Of a DNA stretch of 64,000 bases, positions 57,431 to 64,000 are shown piece after piece. Under the pieces are notes generated by a model that saw only the letters and a program-made list of their open reading frames with translations, ran no database searches and had not been told where the DNA came from. Origin of the DNA: the human T2T-CHM13v2.0 reference genome, Homo sapiens. The stretch is taken from NCBI RefSeq assembly GCF_009914755.1, contig NC_060927.1; one strand, given 5' to 3'. The translations under genes and the position numbers were made by a program. Positions within the stretch are counted from its first letter, which is position 1. Each line of letters begins with the position of its first letter.

Positions 57431-60216
57431 CAATAAACAAGAACCATTTGACAGTTATATGTTGAGTGTGACCTTCTTCTAACTAATGGTCTGTTGTTAG
57501 ATTATATGTTAAGTTCTTGGGATTGCAAACTATCAAGGAGCCAGAGTGGAAACTAATTACAACAGATTATTTAATGTCTTGGTGAAAAGAGGCCAAATTA
57601 TTATATCTATGTGTCTGTCCGCCTATCATCTATCTAGCTATCTATAGTGGCAAACTTTTAACAACTGCTGAATCTCAGTGCAGAAATAAATTTGAATATT
57701 AATTTTTAAATATTTAATTTCAAAATAAAACTTGGAAAAAATACAGAATTCTGGACTCCAAACCTGAAGTAGCACCTCTGGGGTCCAGGCCTGGAAATCT
57801 CTACTTTTAACACAGTTCCAGGTGATCCTTATGATCAGGCATGTCTGAGACTAATTCAATGTAAAGAAAAGTAACAGTTCTCAACCATGCCAGGCATTAT
57901 TAAGCATTCAAATCTAATTCAAGTAATTGAATGATAACTTGAAAAAATAAATAAAATTTTAGAAATATTTAAAGTATTACAAAGCAACTAATCTCAATGA
58001 GTTTAAAGAAAAGAAAACTAGCTACATATTGCCTCACAAGTTTCGGATACTCGAAGTCTGTTTACCTTCCATCTCCTTTGAGCTGCTAGTATTTTTTTCT
58101 CACCACCCTATATTCCCTTTCTTATAAAATTTTACAATATAGTTTTAGCCAAAATATTGTGCAAGGCAGGATAATTTCCAGTTAGTAGAAGCATGAATGT
58201 TGTTAACTTAATCCTCCTTTAATATTCAGTGAACTGCTTCAGATTTCCCTATCACTTAGCAACAGCAAAAAGTGCCGTATCTTGAAAAAATTGATTTTTG
58301 GCTTCATATCTGTCAGAAACCAGACTGGAAAACTGAGCTGTGTCTCCATAACAGGTTAGTATTACAAAGTCTGGAGAGCTGTTAATTGCAGAGGCCTTGG
58401 TATTTTGGGGGCATGATATGCATACAGGGGAATCTGGGCTGCCTGGAATGTAATTAAGAGAGAAAGGAGACATGGGCTAGACAGGACAAGGTTGCTGAGA
58501 TTGAGGTTTGCTGCCTTGCAAGGCAGCCCTGTTATCTTAAATTGCATCCTACAGCAAGAGTGCTGTATCTTATTATATGCTATTATATGGATATCACCGC
58601 AGCACCCAACAAGCGCAGCTGTGTTATATGCAAGCTTTTCAATTTCACCACTGTAAACAGTGACAAACTCTCAGAACCTGATAAAACCACAAATTCTAGA
58701 ACTCACACCAGGGATATTTGGAAATTCAATCACAAAACTCAAGAGGATTAGCTCTTAGAGTAGAGTATTTACTGGAAGCTATCCTGGCCTCTCCACAAGG
58801 GAGGCTCTGGGCAGTGAGAATCTGCAGGCACAAGGCTTGGAAGCAGCATATGCATTCTAAAACTCTGGGTCCTGTCTGTCTCCAGTGCCTTTAACCCTGA
58901 GAGAAGAGAACAGAAAGCAGGTCAATGAGCAATTCCTTCTGCTTCTTAGCAGAGGCAAGAAAAATAGCTCGCTCCTGCAAAGTCCTACACCAGCTACCAT
59001 GATATCCCTTTTGTGTTTATTATGTAACTGATAGGAGATTATATTCTTTGTCCATCTTAATCTTCCTTTAAGAATACCTGGAGAAAAGCAGAAGATTGTG
59101 TGACTATTAAATAGTGTATTCTGACACACTTCAGACAGTATGGACAGTGGTCCAGAGTGGGTTCAAATCTCAGATCTTTCTCTGATGGCTGTGTAATCCT
59201 GAATGACTGGTCTGTTCTTAGGTTATCCTGTTAATCATGGGGATGATGATGGCTGGATCAACCTCATAGAAATACTGTGAAGACTAAAACAATTACATTT
59301 GTATAGCACTTAAAACAGTGCCTGCCATATAAAAAATCCTCAATAAACTTGCATTATTACTACTATTTCACTAGTAAGACATACTGATGAAGAGACCAAG
59401 AATAAATGTGTGTGTTTAACAGCAGTATTTTTAAAAATCTGTCTGCCAGTCAGCAACTCAGCATGTATTACTGAGCATCCATATGTAAGATTCTACTCTG
59501 GGTTCTGAGCTGACACCACTAATTCCCATCTTCTATATCCAGTAATGTTCTAGCAAATGGGATTTCATGAGCATTGTTTGTATGAATTTCAAAGTGGAAG
59601 GAGTGGGGAGAAAAAAAAAACGGAGACATTGCCAAAGGGGTTTTCCTATTTGCAGCTAAATGAAAGACAAATGAGCTAGGGTACACCTTAAGAGGCTAAA
59701 AAATTTGCTTTCAGTTCAGGATAGTGACAATACTTATATTATTCAGATGATGGATGTATCTTGTAGTAAACTTTAAAAAGATCAGAAAATTAAGATTATA
59801 TTAATGACATATTCCAAAAATTAAAAGAATATAGTGTTCATTCTATCAACATATAAATATTGTTTTCATAATTTTGTACTACAAAAATTGAGTATTTGTC
59901 TGTATTAGTACAGTACTTCATGGTATAAGATGCAACTGAACTAATATATGTGTAAGTGATTAGAATAAAACATTTTATTTATAAGAAAGTCTTTATGAAA
60001 TTAAATAAAAATATAAATATTCTTTAAATGTTTAAATTTTATAAACCCTCTAATATATCACAAGTACCTAGGCTGGGTGAATATAAGTGCTAATAGGTCT
60101 AAGAAAATGTATACACCTTGCTTTAAAAAGAGGTATCTACTAGATGTTCCTAAATGTCTGACGTATTAACTATTTTCTTCTATCTCCATAGAAAGTAAAA
60201 GCTAATCAATTTTAGT

Positions 60217-61318
<1,102 letters not shown>

Positions 61319-62004
61319 CTGTACTTAGATTGCTAAAAAATAATAATAATAGTAATTGTGTAATGGTTACAACGGTACATACACATACATACATATTTAT
61401 GATTACAAAAGTAGTATGTTTTCCTTTTTAGAAAATCAAGAAATAAAAGTATAAAAATGTGACTATACCCTTAATTCAACTTTCTCAAAATAACTATTCT
61501 TAAAATTTTGGTGGATTTCCTATGTGTGTCTGTGCAGGTTTGTGTTTCTATGTGTATGCATGCAGGGATAATAATAAAAATTCTTAAAAACATATTGTGA
61601 ACTGGTCACATTCCTCCCTGGAAAGTGGCTCAAGGGGAGATCATATTTATGAAAGGGAGTGTTGGGGTCTTTGCCATCCTACTATGGCCCAACAAAGTCA
61701 CTGGACCAAAAAGGAAATACTATTGTCTCTTTGTTGCTTGGACATGTTGCTGTGTAACAGAGAGAGCGAGGAGGAGCAGAAGAGGTGGGAAAGTGGAGAG
61801 GGAGCCTCCTGGTAAGGACAATGAGAGAGGGAAAGGAGAGGGACAGGAGGAAGAAAATTCGCAGCAGTAAAAGGGTAAACAGTTTTAAAGAGGTAAGAAC
61901 CTTAAAGAGAATTAAATTGGATGGACGCTTCAGCTAGAAGATAAGCTCCATAAAGGAAGAAATTTAAGACATGTTTTAATGGTGTAGTCCTTTGTTATTA
62001 TTTT

Positions 62005-63962
62005 TCCTTTTTTAACTTTTATTTTAGGTTCAGGGTGAACAAGTGCAGGTTTGTAACATGGCTAAATTACGTGTCAATAGGGTTTGGTGTACAAATGACT
62101 TCATCACATATGTAATGAGCACAGTAACTGACAGGTAGTTTTTTAACCCTTACCCTCCTCCCACCTTCTGCCCTCCAGAAGGCATTGGTGTCTATTGTTC
62201 TCCTCATTGTTTCCATGTATACTCAATGTTTAGCTCCCACTATAAATGAGAAGATACAGTATTTGGTTTTCTGTTCTTGTGTTAATTCCCTTAGGATGAT
62301 GGCCTCCAACTGCATCCATGTTGCTATATAGGACATGATTCCCTTCTTTTTTAAGGCTGCATAGTATTCCAAGGAGTATATGTACCATATATTCTTTATC
62401 CAGTACATCACTGATGGGCAACTAGGTTGATTTCATGTTGTTGCTATTGTGCTGCAATGAATATAGAAGTGTATGTATCTTTTTGGTAGAACAATTTACA
62501 TTCCTTTTGGTATGTACCCAGTGATGGGACTTCTGGGTCAAATGCTAGTTCCGTTTTCAATTCTATTAGAATCTCCAAACTGCTTTCCATAGTGGATGAA
62601 CTAATTGACATTCCCACCAGCAGTATATAAGCATTCCTTTTTCTCTGTAACTTCACCAACATCTATTATTTTCTGACATTTTAATAATAGCCATTCTGAC
62701 TGCTATGAGATAGTATATCATTGTGGTTTTGATATGCATTTCTCTGATGATTACTGATGCTGACCCTGTTTTCTTATGCCTGTTGACCATGTTTATGTCT
62801 TCTTTTAAAAAATGTCTATTCATAACCTTTGCCCATTTTTTAATGGGGTTGTTTTTCACTTGTTGATTTGTTTAAATTCCTTACAGATTCTGAATATTCG
62901 ACCTTTGTCAGATGTGCAGTTTGTATATTTTCTCCTATTCTGTAGGTTGTCTATTTACTCTGTTGATAGTTTCTTTTACTCTGTAAAAGCTCTTTAGTTT
63001 AATTAGGTGCCACTTGTCTATTTTTGTTTTAGTTGCAATTGCTTTTGGAGACTTAATCACAAAATGTTTGCCAAGGCCTACATCCAGAATGGTTATGTCC
63101 TAGGTTTTCTTCTAGGGATTTTATAGTTTTAGGTCTTACATTTAAGTCTTTAATCCATTTTGAGTTGATTTTTGTATATGATGAAAGGACGGTGTACAGT
63201 TACAGTCTTCTGCATATGGCTAGCCAGTTATCCCTGCACCTTTTATTGAACAGGAAGTCTTTCCCCATTGCTTGGTATTGTTGACTTTGTTAAAAATCAG
63301 ATGGTTGTAAGTGTGCAGCTTTATTTCTATTCTGTTGTTCCATATGTCTGTTTTTGTACTAGAACCATGTTGTTTTAGTTACTGTGGCTTTATAATACAG
63401 TTTGAAGTCAGATAGTGTGACGCCTCTGGCTTTCTTCTTTTTGTTTAGGATCGCTTTGGCTATTTGCACTCCTTTTGTTCCATATGAATTTCAGAATCAT
63501 ATCTTTCTAATTCTGTGAAAAATGACATTGGTAGTTTGATAGGAATACCATTGAATCTGTACATTGCTTTGGGCAGTAGAGCCATTTTAATGGTATTGAT
63601 TCTTCCTATCCATGGGCATGGAATGTTTCTCCATGTTTTTATGTTATCTCTGATTTCTTTCAGCAGTGTTTTGTAATTCTCACTGTAGAAATCTTTCACC
63701 TCCGCAGTTAGCTGTATTCCTAGATATTTTGTTCTTTTTGTAGCTATTGTGAATGGTATTGCATTCTTGATTTGGTTCCTGGTTTGGCCATTACTGGTGT
63801 ATAGAAATGCTACTGATTGTTTTACACTGATTTTGTATCCTGAAACTTTACTGAAGTTGTTTATCAGTTCTAGGAGCCTTTGGGCAAAGACCATGGCAGT
63901 TTCTAGGTACAGAATCATATGATCTGTGAAGATAGTTTGACTTCCTCTCTTCCAATTTGGAG
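62005..63962 (-). mobile_element. L1PA15/16-like element, 5'-truncated
   Basis: Poly-T plus L1PA-type 3'UTR (ttttaggttcaggg...gtgcaggtttgt); ORF2 fragments 62444..62859 and 63460..63975. Confidence 0.88.
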
Positions 63963-64000
63963 TACATAGAGTCATGTCTGCATATAGTAGGTACCCAATA

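Overview
Primate, almost certainly human, genomic DNA (3q24, from recalled gene order). It carries the whole coding region of phospholipid scramblase 4 (PLSCR4) on the minus strand. Eight coding exons (53281 down to 25938) splice GT-AG into a 990-nt, 329-aa ORF, followed by a ~2.1-kb 3'UTR ending near 23865. The canonical first exon and promoter appear to lie outside the window to the right. Positions 1-23.8 kb are intergenic and repeat-rich. The rest is mostly interspersed repeats (Alu, L1, L2, MIR, Tigger1/MER2/MER44, hAT, MaLR, MER21, a solo LTR12C); nearly all other ORF-track entries are repeat-derived or spurious. I see no new protein-coding system. The best leads are: (1) a sense-oriented intact LTR12C plus a candidate 45-nt exon just upstream of the ATG exon, a possible alternative promoter path to full-length PLSCR4; (2) a ~235-bp local duplication that copies the exon-8 splice donor into intron 6; (3) two neighbouring twin-primed 5'-inverted L1s with readable junctions; (4) a compact GAS/AP-1/ISRE-like motif cluster; (5) proximal/distal polyA signals bracketing a miR-15/16/424 seed cluster. 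Exon numbering and repeat subfamily names are from recalled annotation and consensus features, not from a database search.
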